The position numbers and the translations under genes were made by a program. Below are positions 37,301 to 49,300 of a stretch of 64,000 nt of DNA, piece after piece (positions within the stretch are counted from its first letter, which is position 1; each line of letters starts with the position of its first letter). Origin of the DNA: Eledone cirrhosa. Taxonomy: Eukaryota. The stretch lies in the NCBI GenBank assembly GCA_964016885.1, contig OZ024742.1:363568001-363632000 (forward strand), read 5' to 3'. The notes under the pieces are model-generated. The model did no database searches and had not been told where the DNA came from. It saw only the letters and a program-made list of their open reading frames with translations.

Positions 37301-40300
37301 CCGTAGTGTGTGGTGTGGGGGGAGTGTGTGTATGTGGTTGAGAGCCCTTAGTGTGTGTTGTGGGGGGAGTGTGTGTATGTGGTTGAGAGACTTAGTGTGT
37401 GTTGTGGGAGGGAGTGTGTGTATGTGGTTGAGAGCCGTAGTGTGTGGTGTGGGAGGGAGTGTGTGTATGTGGTTGAGAGCCGTAGTGTGTGGTTGTGGGA
37501 GGGAGTGTGTGTATGTGGTTGAGAGCCTTAGTGTGTGGTGTGGGGGGAGTGTGTGTATGTGGTTGAGAGCCTTAGTGTGTGGTGGTGGGAGGCAGTGTGT
37601 GTATGTAGTTTGAGAGCCGTAGTGTGTGTGTGGGAGGGAGTGTGTGTATGTGGTTGAGAGCCGTAGTGTGTGGTGTGGGAGGCAGTGTGTGTATGTGGTT
37701 GAGAGCCGTATTGTGTGGTGTGGGGAGGGAGTGTGTGTATGTGGTTGAGAGCCGTAGTGTGTGGTGTGGGAGAGAGTGTGTGTATGTGGTTGAGAGCCGT
37801 AGTGTGTGTGTGTGGGGGAGGGAGTGTGTGTATGTGGTTGAGAGCCGTATTGTGTGGTGTGGGAGGGAGTGTGTGTATGTGGTTGAGAGCCGTAGTGTGT
37901 GGTGTGGGAGAGAGTGTGTGTATGTGGTTGAGAGCCGTATTGTGTGGTGTGGGAGGCAGTGTGTGTATGTGGTTGAGAGCGTAGTGTGTCGTGTGGGGGG
38001 GAGTGTGTGTACGTGGTTGAGAGCCGTAGTGTGTGGTGTGGGAGGGAGTGTGTGTATGTGGTTGAGAGCCGTAGTGTGTGGTGTGGGAGGGAGTGTGTGT
38101 ATGTGGTTGAGAGCCTTAGTGTGTGGTGTGTGAGACAGTGTGTGTATGTGGTTGAGAGCCGTAGTGTGTGTATGTGGGGGGAGTGTGTGTATGTGGTTGA
38201 GAGCCTTAGTGTGTGGTGTGGGAGGCAGTGTGTGTATGTGGTTGAGAGCCGTAGTGTGTGGTGTGGGAGGGAGTGTGTGTATGTGGTTGAGAGCCGTAGT
38301 GTGTGGTGTGGGGGGAGTGTGTGTATGTGGTTGAGAGCATTAGTGTGTGGTGTGGGAGGCAGTGTGTGTATGTGGTTGAGAGCCGTAGTGTGTGGTGTGG
38401 GAGGGAGTGTGTGTATGTGGTTGAGAGCCGTAGTGTGTGGTGTGGGGGGGGAGTGTGTGTATGTGGTTGAGAGCCTTAGTGTGTGGTGTGGGAGGCAGTG
38501 TGTGTATGTGGTTGAGAGCCGTAGTGTGTGGTGTGGGAGGGGAGTGTGTGTATGTGGTTGAGAGCCGTAGTGTGTGGTGTGGGGGGGAGTGTGTGTATGT
38601 GGTTGAGAGCCTTAGTGTGTGGTGTGGGAGGCAGTGTGTGTATGTGGTTGAGAGCCGTAGTGTGTGGTGTGGGAGGGAGTGTGTGTATGTGGTTGAGAGC
38701 CGTAGTGTTGTGTGTGGGAGGGAGTGTGTGTGTGTGGTTGAGAGCCTTAGTGTGTGGTGTGGGAGGCAGTGTGTGTATGTGGTTGAGAGCCGTAGTGTGT
38801 GGTGTGGGAGGCAGTGTGTGTATGTGGTTGAGAGCCGTAGTGTGTGGTGTGGGAGGGAGTGTGTGTATGTGGTTGAGAGCCTTAGTGTGTGGTGTGAGGG
38901 GGTGTATGTGGTTGAGAACCTTAGTGTGTGGTGTGGGAGGGAGTGTGTGTATGTGGTTGAGGGCCGTAGTGTGTGGTGTGGGAGGGTGTGTGTGTTTGTG
39001 GTTGAGAGCCGTAGTGTGTGGTGTGGTGAGGGAGTGTGTGTATGTGGTTGAGAGCCGTAGTGTGGTGTGTGGGAGGGTGTGTGTGTATGTGGTTGAGAGC
39101 CGTAGTGTGTGGTGTGGGAGGGAGTGTGTGTATGTGGTTGAGAGCCGTAGTGTGGTGTGTGGGAGGGAGTGTGTGTATGTGGTTGAGAGCCGTAGTGTGT
39201 GGTGTGGAGGGAGTGTGTGTATGTGGTTGAGAGCCGTAGTGTGTGGTGTGGGGGGAGTGTGTGTATGTGGTTGAGAGCCTTAGTGTGTGGTGTGGGAGGG
39301 AGTGCGTGTTTGTGGTTGAGAGCCTTAGTGTGTGGTGTGGGGGGGAGTGTGTGTATGTGATTGAGAGCCGTAGTGTGTGGTGTGGGAGGGAGTGTGTGTA
39401 TGTGGTTGAGAGCCGTAGTGTGTGGGTGTGGGAGGGAGTGTGTGTATGTGGTTGAGAGCCGTAGTGTGTGTGTGTGGGAGGGAGTGTGTGTATGTGGTTG
39501 AGAGCCGTAGTGTGTGGTGTGGGAGGGAGTGTGTGTATGTGGTTGAGAGCCGTAGTGTGTGGTGTGGGAGGGAGTGTGTGTATGTGGTTGAGAGCCTTAG
39601 TGTGTGGTGTGGGAGGGAGTGCGTGTTTGTGGTTGAGAGGCCTTAGTGTGTGGTGTGGGGGGGGGAGTGTGTGTATGTGATTGAGAGGCCGTAGTGTGTG
39701 GTGTGGGAGGGAGTGTGTGTATGTGTTGAGAGGCGTAGTGTGTGGTGTGGGGGGAGTGTGTGTATGTGGTTGGAGAGCCTTAGTGTTGTGGTGTGGGAGG
39801 GGAGTGTGTGTATGTGGTTGAGAGCCGTAGTGTGTGTGGGAGGGAGTGCGTGTTTGTGGTTGAGAGCCGTAGTGTGTGGTGTGGGAGGAGTGTGTGTATG
39901 TGGTTGAGGGATCCGTGGTGTGAGTGTGGTGTGGGAGGGAGTGTGTGTATGTGGTTGAGAGCCTTAGTGTGTGGGTGTGGGTGGGGAGTTGTGTGTATGT
40001 GGTTGAGAGCCGTAGTGTGTGTTGTATGTGGTTGAGAGCCTAGTGTGTGGTGTGTGGGGGAGTGTGTGGTATGAGGTTGAGAGCCGTAGAGTGTGGTGAG
40101 GTGGGGAGTGTGTGTATGTGGTTGAGAGCCGTATTGTGTGTTGTGTTGGAGAGCGGAGTGTGTGTATGTGGGTTGANNNNNNNNNNNNNNNNNNNNNNNN
40201 NNNNNNNNNNNNNNNNNNNNNNNNNNNNNNNNNNNNNNNNNNNNNNNNNNNNNNNNNNNNNNNNNNNNNNNNNNNNNNNNNNNNNNNNNNNNNNNNNNNN

Positions 40301-43300
40301 NNNNNNNNNNNNNNNNNNNNNNNNNNNNNNNNNNNNNNNNNNNNNNNNNNNNNNNNNNNNNNNNNNNNNNNNNNNNGTGGGAGGAAGTGTGTGTATGTGG
40401 TTGAGAGCCGTAGTGTGGTGTGTGGGAGGGAGTGTGTGTATGTGGTTGAGAGCCTTATTGTGTGGTGTGGGGGGAGTGTGTGTATGTGGTTGAGAGCCTT
40501 AGTGTGTGGTGTGGGAGGGAGTGTGTGTATGTGGTTGAGAGCCGTAGTGTGGTGTGTGGGAGGGAGTGTGTGTATGTGGTTGAGAGCCTTAGTGTGGTGT
40601 GTGGGAGGGAGTGTGTGTATGTGGTTGAGAGCCTTATTGTGTGGTGTGGGGGGAGTGTGTGTATGTGGTTGAGAGCCTTAGTGTGTGGTGTGGGAGGGAG
40701 TGTGTGTATGTGGTTGAGAGCCGTAGTGTGGTGTGTGGGAGGGAGTGTGTGTATGTGGTTGAGAGCCGTAGTGTGTGGTGTGGGGGGAGTGTGTGTATGT
40801 GGTTGAGAGCCGTAGTGTGGTGTGTGGGAGGGAGTGTGTGTATGTGGTTGAGAGCCGTAGTGTGTGGTGTGGGAGGGAGTGTGTGTATGTGGTTGAGAGC
40901 CTTAGTGTGTGGTGTGGGAGGGAGTGTGTGTATGTGGTTGAGAGCCGTAGTGTGTGGTGTGGGGGGAGTGTGTGTATGTGGTTGAGAGCCGTAGTGTGTG
41001 GTGTGGGAGGGAGTGTGTGTATGTGGTTGAGAGCCTTAGTGTGTGGTGTGGGAGGGAGTGTGTGTATGTGGTTGAGAGCCGTAGTGTGTGGTGTGGGAGG
41101 GAGTGTGTGTATGTGGTTGAGAGGCCGTAGTGTGTGGTGTGGGAGGGAGTGTGTGTATGTGGTTGAGAGCCTTAGTGTGTGGTGTGGGAGGGAGTGTGTG
41201 TATGTGGTTGAGAGCCTTAGTGTGTGGTGTGGGAGGGAGTGTGTGTATGTGGTTGAGAGCCGTAGTGTGTGGTGTGGGAGGGAGTGTGTGTATGTGGTTG
41301 AGAGCCGTAGTGTGTGGTGTGGGAGGGAGTGTGTGTATGTGGTTGAGAGCCTTAGTGTGTGGTGTGGGAGGGTGTGTGTGTATGTGGTTGAGAGCCTTAG
41401 TGTGTGGTGTGGGAGGGAGTGTGTGTATGTGGTTGAGAGCCTTAGTGTGTGGTGTGGGAGGGAGTGTGTGTATGTGGTTGAGAGCCGTAGTGTGTGGTGT
41501 GGGAGGGAGTGTGTGTATGTGGTTGAGAGCCGTAGTGTGAAGTGTGTGGGGGGGGGGGGTGTATGTGGTTGAGAGCCGTAGTGTGTGGTGTGGGAGGGAG
41601 TGTGTGTATGTGGTTGAGAGCCTTAGTGTGTGGTGTGGGAGGGAGTGTGTGTATGTGGTTGAGAGCCTTAGTGTGTGGTGTGGGAGGGAGTGTGTGTATG
41701 TGGTTGAGAGCCTTAGTGTGTGGTGTGGGAGGGAGTGTGTGTATGTGGTTGAGAGCCTTATTGTGTGGTGTGGGAGGGAGTGTGTGTATGTGGTTGAGAG
41801 CCGTATTGTGTGGTGTGGGGGGAGTGTGTGTATGTGGTTGAGAGCCTTAGTGTGTGGTGTGGGAGAGAGTGTGTGTATGTGGTTGAGAGCCTTAGTGTGT
41901 GGTGTGGGAGGGAGTGTGTGTATGTGGTTGAGAGCCTTAGTGTGTGGTGTGGGAGGGAGTGTGTGTATGTGGTTGAGAGCCTTAGTGTGTGGTGTGGGAG
42001 GGAGTGTGTGTATGTGGTTGAGAGCCTTATTGTGTGGTGTGGGAGGGAGTGTGTGTATGTGGTTGAGAGCCGTAGTGTGTGGTGTGGGGGGAGTGTGTGT
42101 ATGTGGTTGAGAGCCTTAGTGTGAAGTGTGTGGGAGGGGGGGGGTGTATGTGGTTGAGAGCCTTAGTGTGTGGTGTGGGAGGGAGTGTGTGTATGTGGTT
42201 GAGAGCCTTAGTGTGTGGTGTGGGAGGGAGTGTGTGTATGTGGTTGAGAGCCTTATTGTGTGGTGTGGGAGGGAGTGTGTGTATGTGGTTGAGAGCCGTA
42301 GTGTGTGGTGTGGGGGGAGTGTGTGTATGTGGTTGAGAGCCGCGGTGTGTGGTGTGGGAGGGAGTGTGTCTATGTGGTTGAGAGCCTTAGTGTGTGGTGT
42401 GGGAGGGAGTGTGTGTATGTGGTTGAGAGCCTTAGTGTGTGGTGTGGGAGGGAGTGTGTGTATGTGGTTGAGAGCCGCGGTGTGTGGTGTGGGAGGGAGT
42501 GTGTGTATGTGGTTGAGAGCCTTAGTGTGTAGTGTGGGAGGGAGTGTGTGTATGTGGTTGAGAGCCGCGGTGTGTGGTGTGGGAGGGAGTGTGTCTATGT
42601 GGTTGAGAGCCTTAGTGTGTGGTGTGGGAGGGAGTGTGTGTATGTGGTTGAGAGCCTTAGTGTGTAGTGTGGGAGGGAGTGTGTGTATGTGGTTGAGAGC
42701 CGCGGTGTGTGGTGTGGGAGGGAGTGTGTCTATGTGGTTGAGAGCCTTAGTGTGTGGTGTGGGAGGGAGTGTGTGTATGTGGTTGAGAGCCGCGGTGTGT
42801 GGTGTGGGAGGGAGTGTGTCTATGTGGTTGAGAGCCTTAGTGTGTGGTGTGGGAGGGAGTGTGTGTATGTGGTTGAGAGCCTTAGTGTGTGGTGTGGGAG
42901 GGAGTGTGTGTATGTGGTTGAGAGCCGCGGTGTGTGGTGTGGGAGGGAGTGTGTCTATGTGGTTGAGAGCCTTAGTGTGTAGTGTGGGAGGGAGTGTGTG
43001 TATGTGGTTGAGAGCCGCGGTGTGTGGTGTGGGAGGGAGTGTGTCTATGTGGTTGAGAGCCTTAGTGTGTGGTGTGGGAGGGAGTGTGTGTATGTGGTTG
43101 AGAGCCTTAGTGTGTGGTGTGGGAGGGAGTGTGTGTATGTGGTTGAGAGCCGCGGTGTGTGGTGTGGGAGGGAGTGTGTCTATGTGGTTGAGAGCCTTAG
43201 TGTGTGGTGTGGGAGGGAGTGTGTGTATGTGGTTGAGAGCCTTAGTGTGTGGTGTGGGAGGGAGTGTGTGTATGTGGTTGAGAGCCGCGGTGTGTGGTGT

Positions 43301-46300
43301 GGGAGGGAGTGTGTCTATGTGGTTGAGAGCCTTAGTGTGTGGTGTGGGAGGGAGTGTGTGTATGTGGTTGAGAGCCTTAGTGTGTGGTGTGGGAGGGAGT
43401 GTGTGTATGTGGTTGAGAGCCGCGGTGTGTGGTGTGGGAGGGAGTGTGTCTATGTGGTTGAGAGCCTTAGTGTGTAGTGTGGGAGGGAGTGTGTGTATGT
43501 GGTTGAGAGCCGCGGTGTGTGGTGTGGGAGGGAGTGTGTCTATGTGGTTGAGAGCCTTAGTGTGTAGTGTGGGAGGGAGTGTGTGTATGTGGTTGAGAGC
43601 CGCGGTGTGTGGTGTGGGAGGGAGTGTGTCTATGTGGTTGAGAGCCTTAGTGTGTAGTGTGGGAGGGAGTGTGTGTATGTGGTTGAGAGCCGCGGTGTGT
43701 GGTGTGGGAGGGAGTGTGTCTATGTGGTTGAGAGCCTTAGTGTGTGGTGTGGGAGGGAGTGTGTGTATGTGGTTGAGAGCCTTAGTGTGAAGTGTGTGGG
43801 GGGGGGGGGGTGTATGTGGTTGAGAGCCTTAGTGTGTGGTGTGGGAGGGAGTGTGTGTATGTGGTTGAGAGCCTTAGTGTGTGGTGTGGGAGGGAGTGTG
43901 TGTATGTGGTTGAGAGCCTTATTGTGTGGTGTGGGAGGGAGTGTGTGTATGTGGTTGAGAGCCGTAGTGTGTGGTGTGGGGGGAGTGTGTGTATGTGGTT
44001 GAGAGCCTTAGTGTGAAGTGTGTGGGGGGGGGGGGGTGTATGTGGTTGAGAGCCTTAGTGTGTGGTGTGGGAGGGAGTGTGTGTATGTGGTTGAGAGCCT
44101 TAGTGTGTGGTGTGGGGGGAGTGTGTGTATGTGGTTGAGAGCCGTAGTGTGTGGTGTGGGAGAGAGTGTGTGTATGTGGTTGAGTGCCTTAGTGTGTGGT
44201 GTGGGAGGGAGTGTGTGTATGTGGTTGAGAGCCGTAGTGTGTGGTGTGGGGGGAGTGTGTGTATGTGGTTGAGAGCCTTATTGTGTGGTGTGGGAGGGAG
44301 TGTGTGTATGTGGTTGAGAGCCGTAGTGTGTGGTGTGGGAGGGAGTGTGTGTATGTGGTTGAGAGCCTTAGTGTGTGGTGTGGGGGGAGTGTGTGTATGT
44401 GGTTGAGAGCCGTAGTGTGTGGTGTGGGAGGGAGTGTGTGTATGTGGTTGAGAGCCTTAGTGTGTGGTGTGGGAGGGAGTGTGTGTATGTGGTTGAGAGC
44501 CGTAGTGTGTGGTGTGGGGGGAGTGTGTGTATGTGGTTGAGAGCCGTAGTGTGTGGTGTGGGAGGGAGTGTGTGTATGTGGTTGAGAGCCGTAGTGTGTG
44601 GTGTGGGAGGGAGTGTGTGTATGTGGTTGAGAGCCGTAGTGTGTGGTGTGGGGGGAGTGTGTGTATGTGGTTGAGAGCCTTATTGTGTGGTGTGGGAGGG
44701 AGTGTGTGTATGTGGTTGAGAGCCGTAGTGTGTGGTGTGGGGGGAGTGTGTGTATGTGGTTGAGAGCCTTATTGTGTGGTGTGGGAGGGAGTGTGTGTAT
44801 GTGGTTGAGAGCCGTAGTGTGTGGTGTGGGAGGGAGTGTGTGTATGTGGTTGAGAGCCTTAGTGTGTGGTGTGGGGGGAGTGTGTGTATGTGGTTGAGAG
44901 CCGTAGTGTGTGGTGTGGGAGGGAGTGTGTGTATGTGGTTGAGAGCCTTAGTGTGTGGTGTGGGGGGAGTGTGTGTATGTGGTTGAGAGCCTTAGTGTGT
45001 GGTGTGGGAGGGAGTGTGTGTATGTGGTTGAGAGCCGTAGTGTGTGGTGTGGGGGGAGTGTGTGTATGTGGTTGAGAGCCTTATTGTGTGGTGTGGGAGG
45101 GAGTGTGTGTATGTGGTTGAGAGCCGTAGTGTGTGGTGTGGGAGGGAGTGTGTGTATGTGGTTGAGAGCCTTAGTGTGTGGTGTGGGAGGGAGTGTGTGT
45201 ATGTGGTTGAGAGCCGTAGTGTGTGTATGTGGTTGAGAGCCTTAGTGTGTGGTGTGGGAGGGAGTGTGTGTATGTGGTTGAGAGCCGTAGTGTGTGGTGT
45301 GGGAGGGAGTGTGTGTATGTGGTTGAGAGCCGTAGTGTGTGGTGTGGGGGGGAGTGTGTGTATGTGGTTGAGAGCCTTATTGTGTGGTGTGGGAGGGAGT
45401 GTGTGTATGTGGTTGAGAGCCGTAGTGTGTGGTGTGGGAGGGAGTGTGTGTATGTGGTTGAGAGCCTTAGTGTGTGGTGTGGGAGGGAGTGTGTGTATGT
45501 GGTTGAGAGCCTTAGTGTGTGGTGTGGGAGGGAGTGTGTGTATGTGGTTGAGAGCCTTATTGTGTGGTGTGGGAGGGAGTGTGTGTATGTGGTTGAGAGC
45601 CGTAGTGTGTGGTGTGGGAGGGAGTGTGTGTATGTGGTTGAGAGCCTTAGTGTGTGGTGTGGGAGGGAGTGTGTGTATGTGGTTGAGAGCCTTAGTGTGT
45701 GGTGTGGGAGGGAGTGTGTGTATGTGGTTGAGAGCCGTAGTGTGTGGTGTGGGAGGGAGTGTGTGTATGTGGTTGAGAGCCGTAGTGTGTGGTGTGGGAG
45801 GGAGTGTGTGTATGTGGTTGAGAGCCGTAGTGTGTGGTGTGGGAGGGAGTGTGTGTATGTGGTTGAGAGCCGTAGTGTGTGGTGTGGGAGGGAGTGTGTG
45901 TATGTGGTTGAGAGCCGTAGTGTGTGGTGTGGGGGGAGTGTGTGTATGTGGTTGAGAGCCTTATTGTGTGGTGTGGGAGGGAGTGTGTGTATGTGGTTGA
46001 GAGCCGTAGTGTGTGGTGTGGGAGGGAGTGTGTGTATGTGGTTGAGAGCCTTATTGTGTGGTGTGGGAGGGAGTGTGTGTATGTGGTTGAGAGCCTTAGT
46101 GTGTGGTGTGGGAGGGAGTGTGTGTATGTGGTTGAGAGCCTTATTGTGTGGTGTGGGAGGGAGTGTGTGTATGTGGTTGAGAGCCGTAGTGTGTGGTGTG
46201 GGAGGGAGTGTGTGTATGTGGTTGAGAGCCTTAGTGTGTGGTGTGGGAGGGAGTGTGTGTATGTGGTTCAGAGCCTTAGTGTGTGGTGTGGGAGGGAGTG

Positions 46301-49300
46301 TGTGTATGTGGTTGAGAGCCTTATTGTGTGGTGTGGGAGGGAGTGTGTGTATGTGGTTGAGAGCCTTAGTGTGTGGTGTGGGAGGGAGTGTGTGTATGTG
46401 GTTGAGAGCCTTAGTGTGTGGTGTGGGAGGGAGTGTGTGTATGTGGTTGAGAGCCGTAGTGTGTGGTGTGGGGGGAGTGTGTGTATGTGGTTGAGAGCCT
46501 TATTGTGTGGTGTGGGAGGGAGTGTGTGTATGTGGTTGAGAGCCTTAGTGTGTGGTGTGGGAGGGAGTGTGTGTATGTGGTTGAGAGCCGTAGTGTGTGT
46601 ATGTGGTTGAGAGCCTTAGTGTGTGGTGTGGGAGGGAGTGTGTGTATGTGGTTGAGAGCCGTAGTGTGTGGTGTGGGAGGGAGTGTGTGTATGTGGTTGA
46701 GAGGCGTAGTGTGTGGTGTGGGAGGGAGTGTGTGTATGTGGTTGAGAGGCGTAGTGTGTGGTGTGGGAGGGAGTGTGTGTATGTGGTTGAGAGGCGTAGT
46801 GTGTGGTGTGGGAGAGAGTGTGTGTATGTGGTTTAGAGCCTTGGTGTGTGGTGTGGGAGGGAGTGTGTGTATGTGGTTGAGAGCCGTAGTGTGTGGTGTG
46901 GGGGGGAGTGTGTGTATGTGGTTGAGAGGCTTAGTGTGTGGTGTGGGAGGCAGTGTGTGTATGTGGTTGAGAGCCGTAGTGTGTGGTGTGGGAGGGAGTG
47001 TGTGTATGTGGTTGAGAGCCGTAGTGTGTGTATGTGGTTGAGAGCCTTAGTGTGTGGTGTGGGAGGGAGTGTGTGTATGTGGTTGAGAGCCGTAGTGTGT
47101 GGTGTGGGAGGGAGTGTGTGTATGTGGTTGAGAGCCGTAGTGTGTGGTGTGGGAGGCAGTGTGTGTATGTAGTTGAGAGGCGTAGTGTGTGGTGTGGGAG
47201 GGAGTGTGTGTATGTGGTTGAGAGGCGTAGTGTGTGGTGGGGGTGGGAGTGTTAGTATGTGGTTGAGAGGCGTAGTGTGTGGTGTGGGAGGGAGTGTGTG
47301 TATGTGGTTGAGAGGCGTAGTGTGTGGTGTGGGAGAGAGTGTGTGTATGTGGTTTAGAGCCTTGGTGTGTGGTGTGGGAGGGAGTGTGTGTATGTGGTTG
47401 AGAGCCTTAGTGTGTGGTGTGGGAGGGAGTGTGTGTATGTGGTTGAGAGCCTTAGTGTGTGGTGTGGGAGGGAGTGTGTGTATGTGGTTGAGAGCCGTAG
47501 TGTGTGGTGTGGGAGGCAGTGTGTGTATGTAGTTGAGAGGCGTAGTGTGTGGTGTGGGAGGGAGTGTGTGTATGTGGTTGAGAGGCGTAGTGTGTGGTGG
47601 GGGTGGGAGTGTTAGTATGTGGTTGAGAGGCGTAGTGTGTGGTGTGGGAGGGAGTGTGTGTATGTGGTTGAGAGGCGTAGTGTGTGGTGTGGGAGAGAGT
47701 GTGTGTATGTGGTTTAGAGCCTTGGTGTGTGGTGTGGGAGGGAGTGTGTGTATGTGGTTGAGAGCCGTAGTGTGTGGTGTGGGGGGGAGTGTGTGTATGT
47801 GGTTGAGAGGCTTAGTGTGTGGTGTGGGAGGCAGTGTGTGTATGTGGTTGAGAGCCGTAGTGTGTGGTGTGGGAGGGAGTGTGTGTATGTGGTTGAGAGC
47901 CGTAGTGTGTGGTGTGGGAGGGAGTGTGTGTATGTGGTTGAGAGCCGTAGTGTGTGGTGTGGGAGGGAGTGTGTGTATGTGGTTGAGAGCCGTAGTGTGT
48001 GGTGTGGGAGAGAGTGTGTGTATGTGGTTTAGAGCCTTGGTGTGTGGTGTGGGAGGGAGTGTGTGTATGTGGTTGAGAGCCGTAGTGTGTGGTGTGGGGG
48101 GGAGTGTGTGTATGTGGTTGAGAGGCTTAGTGTGTGGTGTGGGAGGGAGTGTGTGTATGTGGTTGAGAGCCGTAGTGTGTGGTGTGGGAGGGAGTGTGTG
48201 TATGTGGTTGAGAGCCGTAGTGTGTGGTGTGGGAGGGAGTGTGTGTATGTAGTTGAGAGCCGTAGTGTGTGGTGTGGGAGGGAGTGTGTGTATGTGGTTG
48301 AGAGCCGTAGTGTGTGGTGTGGGAGAGAGTGTGTGTATGTGGTTTAGAGCCTTGGTGTGTGGTGTGGGAGGGAGTGTGTGTATGTGGTTGAGAGCCGTAG
48401 TGTGTGGTGTGGGGGGGAGTGTGTGTATGTGGTTGAGAGGCTTAGTGTGTGGTGTGGGAGGCAGTGTGTGTATGTGGTTGAGAGCCGTAGTGTGTGGTGT
48501 GGGAGGGAGTGTGTGTATGTGGTTGAGAGCCGTAGTGTGTGGTGTGGGAGGGAGTGTGTCTATGTGGTTGAGAGCCTTAGTGTGTGGTGTGGGAGGGAGT
48601 GTGTGTATGTGGTTGAGAGCCGTAGTGTGTGGTGTGGGGGGGAGTGTGTGTATGTGGTTGAGAGGCTTAGTGTGTGGTGTGGGAGGCAGTGTGTGTATGT
48701 GGTTGAGAGCCGTAGTGTGTGGTGTGGGAGGGAGTGTGTGTATGTGGTTGAGAGCCGTAGTGTGTGGTGTGGGAGGGAGTGTGTCTATGTGGTTGAGAGC
48801 CTTAGTGTGTGGTGTGGGAGGGAGTGTGTGTATGTGGTTGAGAGCCGTAGTGTGTGGTGTGGGGGGGAGTGTGTGTATGTGGTTGAGAGGCTTAGTGTGT
48901 GGTGTGGGAGGCAGTGTGTGTATGTGGTTGAGAGCCGTAGTGTGTGGTGTGGGAGGGAGTGTGTGTATGTGGTTGAGAGCCGTAGTGTGTGGTGTGGGAG
49001 GGAGTGTGTCTATGTGGTTGAGAGCCTTAGTGTGTGGTGTGGGAGGGAGTGTGTGTATGTGGTTGAGAGCCGTAGTGTGTGGTGTGGGGGGGAGTGTGTG
49101 TATGTTGCTGAGAGCCTTAGTGTGTAGTGTGGGAGGGAGTGTGTGTATGTGGTTGAGAGCCGCGGTGTGTGGTGTGGGAGGGAGTGTGTCTATGTGGTTG
49201 AGAGCCTTAGTGTGTGGTGTGGGAGGGAGTGTGTGTATGTGGTTGAGAGCCTTAGTGTGTGGTGTGGGAGGGAGTGTGTGTATGTGGTTGAGAGCCTTAG

